From the NCBI GenBank assembly GCA_002633005.1, contig NMRA01000107.1, positions 601,169 through 665,168 on the forward strand: a DNA stretch of 64,000 nt. The letters run 5' to 3'. Position 1 is the stretch's first letter. Each line of letters opens with the position of its first letter. Under the pieces are notes generated by a model. That model ran no database searches and was not told the origin of the DNA. It was given only the letters and a program-made list of their open reading frames with translations. Of this stretch, positions 26,401-41,400 are shown in pieces. Position numbers and translations under genes: made by a program. The stretch is from Phoronis australis. Lineage: Eukaryota; Animalia; Phoronida.

Positions 26401-29400
26401 AAGTGATATAGCCGCAGAAGCAAAGAAGGGAAATTGCCACCAGTGGAAACACAGTAGTTGACACTGACCAAGAATCAACACAAGCTGTTTTCATTTCAAT
26501 AGGAACACGTCTGAGATGTTTAACAAACAAGAGCAACGCAGAGCGTTGAAATGCGCCCACAATTGCACCGCATACGGTATCCTTCTAGGGTTGTTTATTG
26601 GTACCATAAAGTAGCCAGTAGAGGGCATATATGTAGTATGTTGTACTTTGCAAAATGGAAAGGCATGGTCATTGTCTCCTCAATAGGCTAGGGGCAAAAT
26701 GTGAGTAATCTTCATAATACAAGCACATCCTATACACCAGTTGCTTAAAGCANNNNNNNNNNNNNNNNNNNNNNNNNNNNNNNNNNNNNNNNNNNNNNNN
26801 NNNNNNNNNNNNNNNNNNNNNNNNNNNNNNNNNNNNNNNNNNNNNNNNNNNNNNNNNNNNNNNNNNNNNNNNNNNNNNNNNNNNNNNNNNNNNNNNNNNN
26901 NNNNNNNNNNNNNNNNNNNNNNNNNNNNNNNNNNNNNNNNNNNNNNNNNNNNNNNNNNNNNNNNNNNNNNNNNNNNNNNNNNNNNNNNNNNNNNNNNNNN
27001 NNNNNNNNNNNNNNNNNNNNNNNNNNNNNNNNNNNNNNNNNNNNNNNNNNNNNNNNNNNNNNNNNNNNNNNNNNNNNNNNNNNNNNNNNNNNNNNNNNNN
27101 NNNNNNNNNNNNNNNNNNNNNNNNNNNNNNNNNNNNNNNNNNNNNNNNNNNNNNNNNNNNNNNNNNNNNNNNNNNNNNNNNNNNNNNNNNNNNNNNNNNN
27201 NNNNNNNNNNNNNNNNNNNNNNNNNNNNNNNNNNNNNNNNNNNNNNNNNNNNNNNNNNNNNNNNNNNNNNNNNNNNNNNNNNNNNNNNNNNNNNNNNNNN
27301 NNNNNNNNNNNNNNNNNNNNNNNNNNNNNNNNNNNNNNNNNNNNNNNNNNNNNNNNNNNNNNNNNNNNNNNNNNNNNNNNNNNNNNNNNNNNNNNNNNNN
27401 NNNNAAAAAACAAAACTGCCACTAGGAGGCGCCACAGTGGTCGAAATCGTCGGAAAATCATCGTCAACCGTCCTCTACATAGTAAGCATATACATGCCAA
27501 TTTTCACAATCATCCTTTGAGCGGTTTGGTTGATAGAGGGGTGGACGCACAAAAACAGACTCGAAAACACTAAAAATGGCCACTAGGTGGCGCAAACTAT
27601 GTCGAATCCATCTGAAAACGGCAGGATAGCGTCATCTCACTAATAGGTGCCTACATACCAAATTTCATGAAAATCCGTTCAGGAATTTTGAATATACAAA
27701 GATAAGCGTAAAAAACTAAAATTGCCACTAGGGGGCACACCGGTAGTCGGATCCGTCCGAAAGTTCGCACATGCCGTCCCATTCATGAATGGAACATATG
27801 TGCCAAATTTCATGAACGTATGTCAAAGGGTTTTGAAGATAGAGCAGCGGACGCCGGATGCCAGACGCCGGACGGATGCCGCCCGGACGGACGGACAGAG
27901 ATGACGGCATAATGCGTCCACATATAAATATGTGGGCGCATAAAAATGACCCAATAATAGCCACCGAGGAGAGGAAATGCAGAATACATCTGAAAATAGG
28001 AAGGTGTCGTCATTACCAGACACCTATTTACCACATTTCATGAAAATAAGTCAAAGATATATAGAGGCTAAACTGAAAAACTATAGTGTGTGCGTGTGTG
28101 CGTACAGTTCAGTGCAGTAGGGCACAGTTCAACACAGTACGGTTCAGTTCGGTGCAGAAAAGAAGCAATTTTACAGTACTTATAACACAACAGCTCTGTA
28201 AAAACTAAATTCTTCACTCAGGAAATCTGATATGGTAACGTGACACTACCAAAGTTGACAGGAAATACTTACATCAGCCGAACACCCTGGTATAGTGCCC
28301 ACGGCCTCCTTACTATTCAGGTTCAAGTTTTGAGGGTTCTGTGCCACTTGAACATTACGTAAACAGCCAGTAAAGCTTTTGGAGACCAAACCACTGGAGA
28401 AAGAATGAGAGCTCAGTTAACTTCTGCAATAGTTGGAATGATTGGTGGAATGAATGACCAACTCCATCACTGAAATTGTTAAGCTGAGAATGACACTACA
28501 TTGTTTGAACAATTTCTGGTTTCTTGGTCTTTGAAACAGCAGGTTAAGCAACCACAAAGCTCGTTCAGAAATATAAAACTCAAGGTCCTAGCTAGAAAAG
28601 CAAGACTTCGCCAGATTACGCGAGATATTGCCATTTATTTTCAATGAGAGCACGATTGTGGTTAAATTTTTCTTTTGCCGTGAGACAGCTATTGAGCTCT
28701 ACCTGCTTCATCATTTATATGTCAAGTGTTGAGGTCATCATTTAAAGTTCAAGGGCTGAGGTCATCATTTAAAGGTCAAGTGTTAAGGTCATCAGTTAAA
28801 GGTCAAGTGTTGAGGTCAGCAAATCAGCATCTTAAAAGTTAGTGTTTCCCAAGTCGCCTAAAATGTTAAGAACACACCATGTCATTTCACCAGTAGATGG
28901 TGGTGGGATAAGGCTGATACATAACTAATGTTTTCTATGTAAGTTCCAATACACCTTCAATTTTTGTCTCCATACTTACGGGAAATTTATTGTTTTTCCA
29001 ATTCCACCAAAGTACAGGTTGTCATTATGGTCTAGTGGCGCGTCATTGATGTTGAGTTCTACGCCTGAAAATGCCACAAAATATAATTGAAATTTTTACA
29101 TATGATATGCACAACTGAACTAGTTTTCTTAAAATAATACAACCATCAACACATCTTGGTGACAAACCGACTTTCAGGCATCATTTTCATTACTTAAGAG
29201 GGTGGATGAATTTTTAAATCTTGATACGTCATTTGCGCAGATATCAAATTTAAGAATCTTTTCCCAGACATTCTATGTTTCCTGACTTGAAGCATTATAA
29301 ATCCATCAAGACATTGCTATTCCTCTTATCTACATGCACTATAAATACACAAGTTTAAAATATGGACCCAATGACTTTCTACAGAATATCCTACATTCTA

Positions 29401-32400
29401 CGACTCTAATCATTCGATACTGAAGGAAATTTATTTCAAATATCTTGCTTTTAATGTAATTTGACAACCTTCATAATCTTCTTATTCTACCAAAATCCTT
29501 GATGATCATAGAAACTCAATTATTTGCAGGAAAATAAACCACAGACGTAATTGAGTTCATCGAGTTTTTCTACAAAAATCATATCTTCTAGAAATATTTT
29601 GCACAAAACTTGGAGACCCTGCCCATTTCATCCATCCACTACAAAGGTGCAACTGATTGGGATTGTCTGTAAAGGCTTCTGGCCTGCGATCTCGGCTGTA
29701 AAAATGAAAACTTTAATATTCCTAGAAACAACAGCATTGTCTTGTTTTTGACAGTCAAAATTTTAACCAAAAGGTCTTCACATATTCTCATGCGATTTAG
29801 GTAATTTCCGTCCAAAAAATTTCTTGGTGACGTGGAAATTACTGTGACGTCCCTGAAAAATGAAGATTTTATATGGAACTGGATTCACAGGACTGAAAAA
29901 GTTTGGGATCATGTCCATTAACATGTTCGCAGTAAGAAAGAAAATGAATCTAGGTACCACAAAAACAACATAACGTAACTTACTCTTGTCATCTACTTTC
30001 AAGTACAGAAAATCAGTGGATCTGTAGACTGACACCTGGTGCCACTCATTATCATTGTACAAGTCTTCAAGTTCAACCCGACTTTCCCTATTTGCTGAGG
30101 AGCCTTGTGTCGCCGCAGCAACTTTTCCATCTTTAAGTTCAACGGCTAAATAACCTTCGTCTCCTTGTAGAAAGACCAACGAAGCGTCCTCAGTCAGGGT
30201 CTTGAAGCCAAGCTGGATGTTGGTCTCTATTTGGAATTCTCCAGCTAAGACGGGCATAACCAGGTAGCTGTTGTCGCCATCAAGCTTGATGGATTCCGGT
30301 GGCGGCGGTGGACGCAGCGTTTCCCTGGCAACAACAAATCCACATTATGGGTGTTCCTCACTATAAGCTGAAACCCTATTTAGTAATTCAGCAGTATAGT
30401 CATGCAAAACTGAAGCCCACGATGCCCAAACTTTGCTCAGACTCTTAAGGTACTCCAAAGAGTACTTACTCAAGTAATACTCATGAAATGGTGACCACCA
30501 AACCTTATTCAAGTCCTTCCAATACAAACTCAAAAACTACTCTAAAGTTGCTTTGGTGTGGTAAAAGAACAAAAAGAAAATTTGAAACTTAGCATCCTCT
30601 ACAGTCCTGTCCACTAATTTGAAATTCTCTGTTGACGCTGATGTTGGCCAATAGTGAGTCAAACAAACACAGAAAAATCTCTAGATTGTCGGTCTAGTGC
30701 TCTTACCACTGAGCTACTGAGGACCCAATATCTGTGCAATTACTGTTAACAGTCAACTGTTAAGTCATACATCCCATGAGCGGCATTTCGCCTTTTTCAC
30801 ATGGAATTTGGGTTCCCAAAGCTCTCTGGTGAAGGAGGTGTGAACAAGTTCATTGTCTGCCGACGTTTCAAATACAAATGGAAGGGAATGCTTTTTTGTA
30901 AATCTAATTTTATTTACTAATTGCAACAGGAAACATCCATCTATAACTCCTCAGTGTCAGTGACAGCAGAAAAGGGTCTTTGTGGAAATTGTGAGTAATT
31001 TAACCAAGTGCATTTAGATGAATTATTGGTGGCTACACTTTCTCATGGGCCCTGAAGTAACTTTACAAGCATGGAACTACTAGTACTAGAACTTATAATA
31101 TCATGATGTCAAACAAAACAGACCGTTTGCGAGACAACAAGCAAAGTGGATTTTTGCCTTAAATCATTTCATCTCTTGCTGCTAACCAAGCAATGCACAG
31201 GGAATTCAGCTGGGCTTTCTAAGGTCTCGAGTGGGTGATCCAGAGCAAGGCTACAAACCTACCGTGAGGTTACACAGCCAGGTGGTGACTTTGTACCACT
31301 CAGTTTGGAAACCAGTCAGTGGTATATTAACAGATCCTCAGAAATATCTCTTTTACAAGCTGTGACAAAAACTATTCTGTTCTTGAAAGCACAATGCATA
31401 ATTTTTTCTCAACAAAAACGAAATAATGGACACTTAACATACAAAAGCAGTAAACAATCACCATCTCGCAGTACATTCAATTTTGAAATCATGCCAATTT
31501 GAAATTAGGTTGAACAACAGTTGAGTTATAACATTGCTAGTCGACACAATTCAAACCCCACGCCTACGATTATGCCTATTGACTCACCTCTGGACACAGC
31601 CCATGTTATTATTTGTCCCTTGTACAAAGTCCCAGAGACCTATGGGTCCATCATTCAACTTGACGTCTTCAATACAGCCAGCAAAAGACCGTTCCAGGAT
31701 CTCTCTGGGCAGCTGTAAAATGAAAGGCAATAAGTCAACTGGACGCAGTACAACTGGACGCAGTACAAACGATTGTTTTAAGTCCCACTTCGTATTAATT
31801 AGGCAAGTTGAAGTTCCAAAGCTCAAACTCTAATAAATTAAGTTTGTGGTCGTGAAATTTCCCTTTGAAGCAATTAATGAGCTCCATTTGGTCGAAGGTT
31901 TTATCCTTTGTTACTGGAATTGATACCAGGTATACATCAAAGAAACAAAACAGAAATTTCCACTCCATAACATGAATCAAAACAATTGTTTTCAAATATG
32001 GCGTTGTATGGGACTCGAAGAAGTCATGAACTCCACCGCTTTACCAAATGAACGCCCACTTCAATACATCTGTTTACAAGTGATATTAGTCTGACAGTTC
32101 CTGATGCTAATAACAATAATAATAAAACAGTTCCTTTTGTTTTTCACTGTTATTCAACAGTATTCACTGATGCAATTTGCAACATTATTTAGTGAGACTT
32201 AAGAATGGTGTCAATCTAGTCACTAATCAAGTGTATAAAACTGAAACAATTTCAAGAATTGACCCAATTCCAACAAGTGCTCATTTGGATGTTGGTGACA
32301 AACTAGTGCGAACATAACTGACAACAGCTCTAGGCCTTGTCTCACTTACATTGACTCCACTCGGAACACCTCCAATGAACACCTTCGCCGTATCCTTGGA

Positions 32401-35400
32401 TAGATTCAAGATGGAGAAGCGGCCTGGTGAATCTCCCTCCACCACTATGTCATCTTCATCTTCAGTACGCACTACTAACTTACCACGTTTTCCATCCCTG
32501 AAGAGCAGACAATGTCAACATTAAACTAGAAAAGTTGTGTATAGAAATCAAATTTATTAAAATATGCCGTGCAGCAATTTATGCGTAATTGACATAATTA
32601 ACATAATTAATCCGTCATTGAAAGATAAAGTGAAAATTTTCAAATTTGAATGACAAAGAAAATGGATAAAGTTCACCTTTTAAGTAAAATGTGAGGACCG
32701 GCAACAACACAAAACAGACATATTTCCAAAATAACACTATTTTAGTATTTACAAAGAATAACTAATTCAGCATAGTTTATGTATACAAATGCAGTAGCCA
32801 GAACAGAATCTGGTTTTTTTAGTTATTAACTACGGGAAGATGTTGAAACAATTTTACATCAAAGTACTGCGAACTTTGTGCCAGCCTGTTCCAGTGTCAC
32901 AAAAAAAATTGAACACTGTTCATTACTTCTCTAATTTTTGAAGTCATTTACCACAATGTTTACCTTTCTGCAATAACCTCGTGCCATTTTCCATCATTAA
33001 CTGTGAAGTCTTTGATAGATTCTGTGCTGATTTTAGTGGGTCCACTTCCCAAGTCAAACTGAAACACTACATGACCATCGCGGATTTCCAATGAAAAGTA
33101 GTCGTCCTACACAATCAAAACAAAATTGATGCTCAAACCTCAACTGACAGTGCTTCACAGAATATCAACAGTCAAAGAGAAAATGATGTTTATATGACCT
33201 CTGTACCTTTAGATAAATTTCAATTGTAGATCTCCATGGTGATAGTCAACACAAACAACTTTGTAAACAGAATATCTTGTGTGAGTACTACATACACTGA
33301 AAATAAACGAATAGCAAAAAATCAACTCATTCTAACACGAAGTGGTTGAACCAGAGTTTTCTGCAGACAAGCCCATGGCATACATATGTAAAAGATCAGG
33401 GTCCAAAACCAAACCCAAATGTAGGCACAGATGTATCAATACTGTAGCGGGCATGTAAATTGAAACCATGAGTCAGAGTGAATGCACAATACAGTAGATG
33501 TATGGTTGTCTCCACATCTAGGACTTTATGGTTGAAATTTTACATTAAATGATCTTGATGTCAATTTCCTTCGAAACCAGACAATGGTTTGGGATTCAAC
33601 TATGCATATCTGTGCCACATCTAAAGGTAGGCCTGTATGCAGTGAACTCCAGCAACAGTAGTGGTGGTGATGGTGGTGGTAGAGTAGAATGGAGAGATGC
33701 TTTGGGAAAACGAAAAATGTCTTTTTCAAGACGAGACAGTAAATACATTGTATATCTGTATATAAAGAATGCACCTGGCATGGCATAAATCTCAAGAATG
33801 ATTTCAAAATGATAGCGTAGTTATAATACCTCCTTCACCAGTGGCATTAATGACTCAATGGTGCTCCACAATACAGTCTGTATAAAAATGGATTGTATGA
33901 CATTTGGTGTCGCAATCCTCAAATAAAAGCCAGTGAAATCTCAGCTGTTTTATTACAGTGTACTAAAAGCACAAAGACATCGCAAGGGAAAGACTTATAA
34001 GTAGGTCTAAAGGACGCTCTGGGAAACCACCACAGCAAGAGAAAACAGTCACCCTTTTGATGTTGCATGAAACCTCTAGAGAAAAAGGCACTCAACAGAT
34101 GCAGCGCAAGACAGACGGCATGAGGTAGCAAAGGATTGCAGCATTAAAAGCAACTTTGTATTTCACTGTGGGTGCCAGCAAAAATACTAATCCTTGTTTA
34201 CTTTAAGTTAAAGAGACATCATCGCTTTTATGTTTGAAAAATAAAATGAATTTTGGGGATTGTTGTTGTTGTTGTATGGAATAGGGTTGAAGAAGTAATA
34301 AGATTTGACCAACGCTACAATACAACAAAATCTGTTGTTTCGTGATTTTATTGCATATCTCCAATGCTCACAGTTGTCTGCCAGACATTCGCTGAAATCA
34401 AGACCGGTGTCTTAACCATTTAAACATGCTTAAAACACTATGTGATTTACCATTCGGGATTTGGCTCAGAGGCAGAGCCGTTGGTTGCTACTACTGGGCT
34501 AGTGGGTGCGATTCTGCACAGCTGGTATTTTTGTAAAATGAATTTTTTAACTGGGAATGTCCCCTTCGAAATTATACGTACCATATCTCTACTAGACTCG
34601 ATTAACAGTAACTGTGTCAAGAGTTAATAAAACACAGGGCATAACATCGACTCACAGAACTTCCTGTAAACAAGGTGATGATTTAGTCCATTTTCTGCAA
34701 TGACGTATCACATTAACACCTCACATGAACATGTTTATGGAACTTAGGAAAGTGTGAGATTATGTGATATATCCATAACTGGGACAACAGCATCACAAAG
34801 TCATCACAAATTCATCACACATACCACATACTCATCATGTTGATACTGTCTCTACCACAGTTCCTCATCTCACACACATTCTTACGGTAGTAAAAAGCCT
34901 CTACCATCACCATGACAACATTACACACAAGAGGGACACCGGGGTATAAAGCAGATCACTAAGCAAGCAGATGGTCGCTCAGAGCAAACCTTGAATTTTC
35001 TCTTTGTTGCCTGGCGACGAACAACATGTGGAGATGGACCGTCGTTGACAAGCTGTATACATAAGTGCTAACACTAGAATTCATTAATTCGAGCGAGTAC
35101 GAAAAGGAACTGGGTATACACAACCGTTCTACACTATAGGTGACGTATACCATGTAAAACTAATCTGCTGCCATTTATTTCCATCTAATTAACTGTGCTA
35201 GTGCATAGTTACTTTATTTTGAAGAATAGAATGAATACAAAAATTCTGGAGAAAATTGCAGAAGGTGTTGAAGACTACAGGGAGTGGGGGTTCATTGTGT
35301 AAGTAAACGATCTCTGACAGGGTAGGTACGGCACAGGGTAGTGTTCCATGAACCATGGATCTTGCGAAAAAAGAGAGATCACGTAACACTAAAAATACGC

Positions 35401-38400
35401 AAGTGAAAGAAAGTATTTTGCGAATATGCTAAATACCTCACTAGTGTAACCTAGCAAAATGGCACCCACTGAGCTACTTGGTTGATGAGGTTAGCATGTT
35501 GCATTGTGGGATTGAATTCTTAAATGATGGGAGAACACTCAGGATTTCCGTTTCATAAGCCAAGATTTTTCACCTTAGGACCAAGCCAATGTCTTGTTGT
35601 CTACGGAATGCAGCTCAATTAAAAAAATGTGTTGAACAGGGGCACCTGGTTGCTGCCCGCACACAATTTTTTATTGCTCATTTACTATAATAGAATAACC
35701 CTATCCCACATACAAACTCAATAGTTGTATCAGTTGTGTGGTATACAACAGTGAGCAGACCTCAAATTTGTAGAAATGTCTAGGTTTGCATACACTGAGT
35801 GTGTAAGCTCCAAGAGACATGCTTGATATGCACATTTGACATTCATTTGTGTATCTGTTCCTAAAGCTCAGATACAACAGTGTGGGTAGAAAGTCCACAA
35901 ATTGGTCGCTTGACCCCAAATGAACTTCTATAATTTTCAACTGACAAGTATTTTAAAATTGTTGAAGACATAATGCCAGCATCTGACCTTAAGAAATCAC
36001 TTAAATTGCACCTGAACAGCTGAGAAAAATGTGAAATTGACAATTCAAAGATTTTGCTCCTACAGACATCACAACACTTCTCTTATTTCAGAGTTTTCAT
36101 GTGCTAGGCAGTAAATTTATTAATGTGTTCCAAGATTAGTTACATTCAACTAGAGTTGTTGCTTAATTGACCCATGTATTAGTCACCACAGACTCACTCT
36201 GCTGACAATATGTAACCAGGAAATAGTGAAAAGTTACATTTCTGTGTTGTCTTTGGCAAGTAAGGTTTGGGTTAAAGTCACCACCGGCAATGTGTGGTAG
36301 CATTTTGCAAGTTGGTACTCGCCAGACTAGACTCTGAATGCACCATACGCATAACTTTATAGAGCTATTACTAAGTAATACAAATGTCCAGTTACTTACA
36401 GACTGACCAGTCCTGGCTTGGTCAGGGCCTACATACACCAACAACCCGTTGTCCACTTCGGTCTTGAAGTAGAGGCTGAACTTGGACCTACCCCCTGTTG
36501 CTCCAATTTTCTCGGGGTTACGCACTTGCAGAGTGGTGTTCGGGAAGAAGTGCATGCCAACAGCGATCTGCAGAACACAGGCAAATGGAACCATAACTGA
36601 AGCCATACAACCTTCCACAAAATGATAGTTTAATAAAGAAACGCAACGTTGGGCAACATGATCAATAAAACATTTTTTTCCTTTTTTATCAGTCGAACAG
36701 TTAGCTTTATGTACAAATCATGACGACAACATTGAAAAAATTAGCACACAATTTTTTGACATAAGGCAATTTCATAAAATAAACATGACTTTAGTGTGAC
36801 TCCATAATTTCCAGTCATTTTCTGGCACATATAGCAGACAATTACAGTAAGCCAAGTTCCTCCTTAGATAGCAAAATGTATTATTTTCAGTGGTTTTGTT
36901 TGAGTGCGACTGGGCAAATACATCAATTCATATTTGTGACTGGCCACAAACAGAAGAAAAATACCATACAAATGGCAAAATGAAATGTAAATAAAAATTA
37001 TCCTGAAAGTGGAATGTAATGGATAGTTCCAACACGTCAGTTACAATTATAATAATTCCATTAAGACATTTTGTGAGTTAAGCTAGACATAACATTGGGT
37101 TGGCCTCAACTTTGAGTAGCTTGGTATTGAGGAAATATTGAGTGTTCAAAAGTTGGTTTACTTCCCAAGAATTCCTTTTGGTAACGAGTCTTAATGAAAC
37201 ACATTGCAGCAAATCCGTTGCTATAATACGCTTGCAAAAGACTTCCACCACTTTGGCTTTGTGCTGATAGGACCTTGACACCAGTACCTATGATTGGAGT
37301 GGCCTGACTGTCTTTGTTGGAACTATCCATACGGTACACTGGTTTACTTGTTAAGTGCTTATGTGATATGTATATGTTGTTATGTACCTAACTCTTGCCA
37401 GGAAAGTTGTGACATCTTAAGACTTGACGTAACTGTTGAGTAACTGATAAATTGAATATTGAGGCTGTTAACCCTAACATCACTGTTCCTTACCCTGTTA
37501 GCTGCATTGCGGGCTGCAGTGATCAACCTCTTCAATTCATCTAGATCACCCTTGACCTTGGTGCTTCTATCCTCAATGTTCTTATTGCGAATTTGAAGTT
37601 TGTCCAAGAGGTCAATGGTGTTGGGGATCTGACTGTTCACCTCATCCACTGAAATATTACCACAAATATTCATGCTAAAGCCATGTAAACGCAACTGAAA
37701 TCATGAACGGTTACCCATATCATTAGTAAGTTGAAATTTTAATTAACAGACATGACACATCCCAAAGACACAATAAGCATTGCTGTCTATTAACCGAGGT
37801 GGAAGAAGGACTGAAAAGTCAAATTTGAGGATGTTGTTGTGACATTGGTTAGCTGAAACCATTCATTATTGTGAAAGTAGAGTGAGTTCTGTGGTACTAG
37901 TAAGGGGGTAGGGGGTTGGGAGGGGGGGGGTACATTCCTTACAAGCATTGCTAAAGTCACTCAAGCTCGTCTTCAAGGTGTTGGTAGAGCTATTATATTT
38001 AGTCCCTAGATTTGAAAGTTATTTTCCTCGATAGATATTTACTAACAATTCCATGCTATTGCGAAAATGAACCACAGTCTTGGCATTGCATCCATAAGCC
38101 AAGCAGTGTCATAACCGTGTTACATCGTATGTGGACGTGTGACTAGAACGATGAATCTGTTATATGACAACAGGTCATCTTCAATTTCTTATTTTACAAA
38201 TAAATGATGGATGTAACAGTGACTTACTTTTTATTGTTTAGCTTAATGTTGACACTTGCTTATTTGTTAAAGCACATAAGAGCATTGTCATAAAAAGCAG
38301 TGTTAGTGCTGTACTAAAAAATAAACATCACAAAAATACCCTCCACGTAGAAAACGCGAAAATTCCCCTCTTAGGGCTGTTCCAGCAAAATCTGTATGGG

Positions 38401-41400
38401 AGGGGGGGGAAGGCACTTTTATTTCGTACCCACCGCCCATATTTTTCATTTATTTCTCCAACCCATGACCCATAATTTTTTAATTATTTTTAATAGGTTA
38501 AAATATAAAATCCAACACTTGCAAACAAATTGCCTCCAGGAGGACCTGTTAAGAACTTAGATGACTGACAGACAAGAACTAGTTGTCTTGTCCAATATTG
38601 TCAAAAACTAAAGTAGCCTGTGAGCAATACTTTTGGCAGCCACCAGGTGTCTCTGTTCACCATGTGTCTATAATTTCAATGAACATTTTTTCATTTATAA
38701 GGATCTATGAATCTCAAACTGTCTCCACGAACTCTTCTATACTTCTATGTCAAGTGAATATTGGAACTTGTTTATCTTACTCCTCATACTTTTTATTTAA
38801 AAATCATCAATTTTCTTATATGTGTTAACACCAGTTCAGTGTTGCATAACTTTTCAATTCAATAGGACTGCAGACAAACAGTTGGCTCAAATCGAGTTGC
38901 CCATGACTTGATTAATGGCTTAGTGAACATATTGCACTCTGTTCACTGGCAATATGGGCTTTTTTGTATTTGGATAAGTTAGGACAATTGCATTTTTTTT
39001 TGAGTTTTGAGGGCTGAAGTAACCAACCTGTCAACATTGACAGGTCAAAAAATACCACCCATTTTTAATGCATCACTTCTTACAGGAACGACCACCCATA
39101 ATTTCAGTTTTTTTCTGAAGACCACCACCCATGAATTTTTATTTCTACTGCCGTCCCCCCCCTCCCACACGGATTTTACTGGAACAGCCCTTAGTACAAA
39201 TGCCGTGAAAATTCCCTTTTTAGAAGGTACAGACATCTTTCCCTCAGGTGAGTGAGGGCCATGTACATGTCAATGGTTGAATCATGCAGTTTTTTTTTCT
39301 GTCATGTCAAATTTTTCTGTTCCAAGCTTCACAGAACAAACTTCAAAAATGCCAATAATATTAAGGCTCAAAATCCATAACACTTGAAAGTTCGTATGTA
39401 ATGACTTTTATGTCCAAAAAAGTAAGTAGAATACAGGTAAAACTGGCAGCCCTGTACTTTACAATTTTCTTTACATCTTCAAGGCTGAATGGCAACAAAA
39501 TCAAATAAAAAAGATCTGCGCTTTAATTCTTTAAAAAGTTTTATATCAAAATATATTATCCTGAATCATTCATGACCATACGTTGGTTGAAGAACACTAG
39601 CGCCCCTGACATTGTCTACATACCTGAAGACTGGATGCGCTTCATGTCTCGTTTGGTAGCTGTCACTTCATCCTCTATCTGTTTCACTCTCTCCTGATCA
39701 GATGGCAGTTGGTTCACAATATCCTGCACTTTGTTTTTGGCATCTGTTGCTTTGTTCTGAGCAATCATTGCCTTGTCTGCAGCATCCTTTGCTTTCTGGT
39801 TCAAATTGGCTGAAAATGAAAGAATTGTGTCTGGGCCATGGTCCACCAATGACCACGGTAGGAGTTGTGTCTGGGCCATGGTCTAGCAATGACCATAGTA
39901 GGAGTTGTGTCTGGGCCACGATCTAGCAATGACCATGGTAGGAGTTGTGACTGGGCCATGGTCTAGCAATGACCATGGTAGGAGTCACATCTGGGTCACG
40001 GTCTAGCAATCACCATGGTAGGAGTTGTGTCCGGGCAACGTTCCAGCAAATATTATAGTCCCCCATGGTTATTACATATGCTACGATTTCATTCCTACAC
40101 AATTACTGTTCATAAAATTCAGAAACAATTTTCATAATTTTAATAGAAAATTTATGATAATAAAATCTAACGATTTAAAAAGCCAATATTACGTAGCAAA
40201 ATATTCACTGTCAGAGATCATTACATGAACAACTATAACGCTAATTTAAATAATTATGCAGTAATGCAAATCATAGAAAATACTGGGAGAGTTTAATAAA
40301 ATAGTTAACAACTTACATTGTGGCAGATTGTCCAGGGATTCCTTGTTCTTTTTCAGTAGAACATTCGTCTCCTTGTTGATATCAGACAGACGATTCAGAG
40401 CCTCATTGTCATCGTCAAGCCTCGTTTTCAATTCTGGGAAGAGTACATACAGCAAATCAATGACAGCCTGGTGGATTTGATTAATCAGGTATAGCCTCAA
40501 AGCCAGAACACTTACTTAGCACTTTGTTAATAAAGGGGATGAAGTGCATAAATATTTGACTGATATACTGTCAATTACTGAACCAAAACCCAATATGCAC
40601 CTCACATGGTGCTACCCTCTATGACTGAAGCCAACTTCATGTGATCAGCTGACATGTCACATGACCAATTATACTCCAGAATAGACCGATATCGCGAACA
40701 AGCAAGTGCATATCCTACAAGAAGTAAGCAATTGGAAGACATGCCTTGCACACACAAGGCTACAGCCACGCTTGACAAAACTGATCCAACATCTCTAATC
40801 ACACCAGGAAGCCTGGTAATCATTGCATGAATAGGGACAATTCCATCTGAACATCTCTCACAATTGCATATTGAGATCAAGTCAACCAATCCTAGTAACC
40901 AACCATTGTTACGACGCCACACGCCCCAACCCAACACATTAGTTTGAGGATTAACACCGATGAGGTAAGTGTTTTATGAAGTTGGCTTAAACAAATGAAT
41001 GAATATTTATATCAACATCTGTCATGAAGAAAACATAGTTTCAGGTTCCCTACAACACGCTCCTCACAGTCACCTAGGCAACCAGCGATTTCACATGACA
41101 CACGACTATAGCACTGATCCAACTCTACTGGACATTGCATTTTGAATTTACAGTAACGTCGCGAGAAGCAGCATTCTCAAGTAAGGTTTAACTTAAGTGA
41201 CAACGTGATTACAGGTCAAAATATGGTAAATGCTTGAAGCATATTCTTCGTATTTCCTGACTATGTAGAGATACGTACTATCAGTTTGGAGTTTTTCAGC
41301 TTCCTCTTTAAGAGCCTCACTACGTTCCTTTGAGTCAGTCGATGAAGATCCAATACCATTTGACTACAAAGACAATATTATGCACTGAAATGTACTCGAG

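Noticed and set aside
26680-27520. ORFs of about 250 aa in the ORF track
   Set aside because: Artefacts of translating through the N gap.
33830-33877. 48-nt phase 0-0 AG..GT segment (TVLWSTIESLMPLVKE)
   Set aside because: Frame-compatible, but the peptide does not look like an LG loop and such segments are expected by chance in a 3-kb intron.
34451-34521. Possible extra LG1 exon (RIAPTSPVVATNGSASEPNPE) and a 20-nt AG..GT segment at 34372-34391
   Set aside because: They end in phases that cannot rejoin the phase-0 acceptor at 33106, and the 63-nt version has an in-frame TAG.
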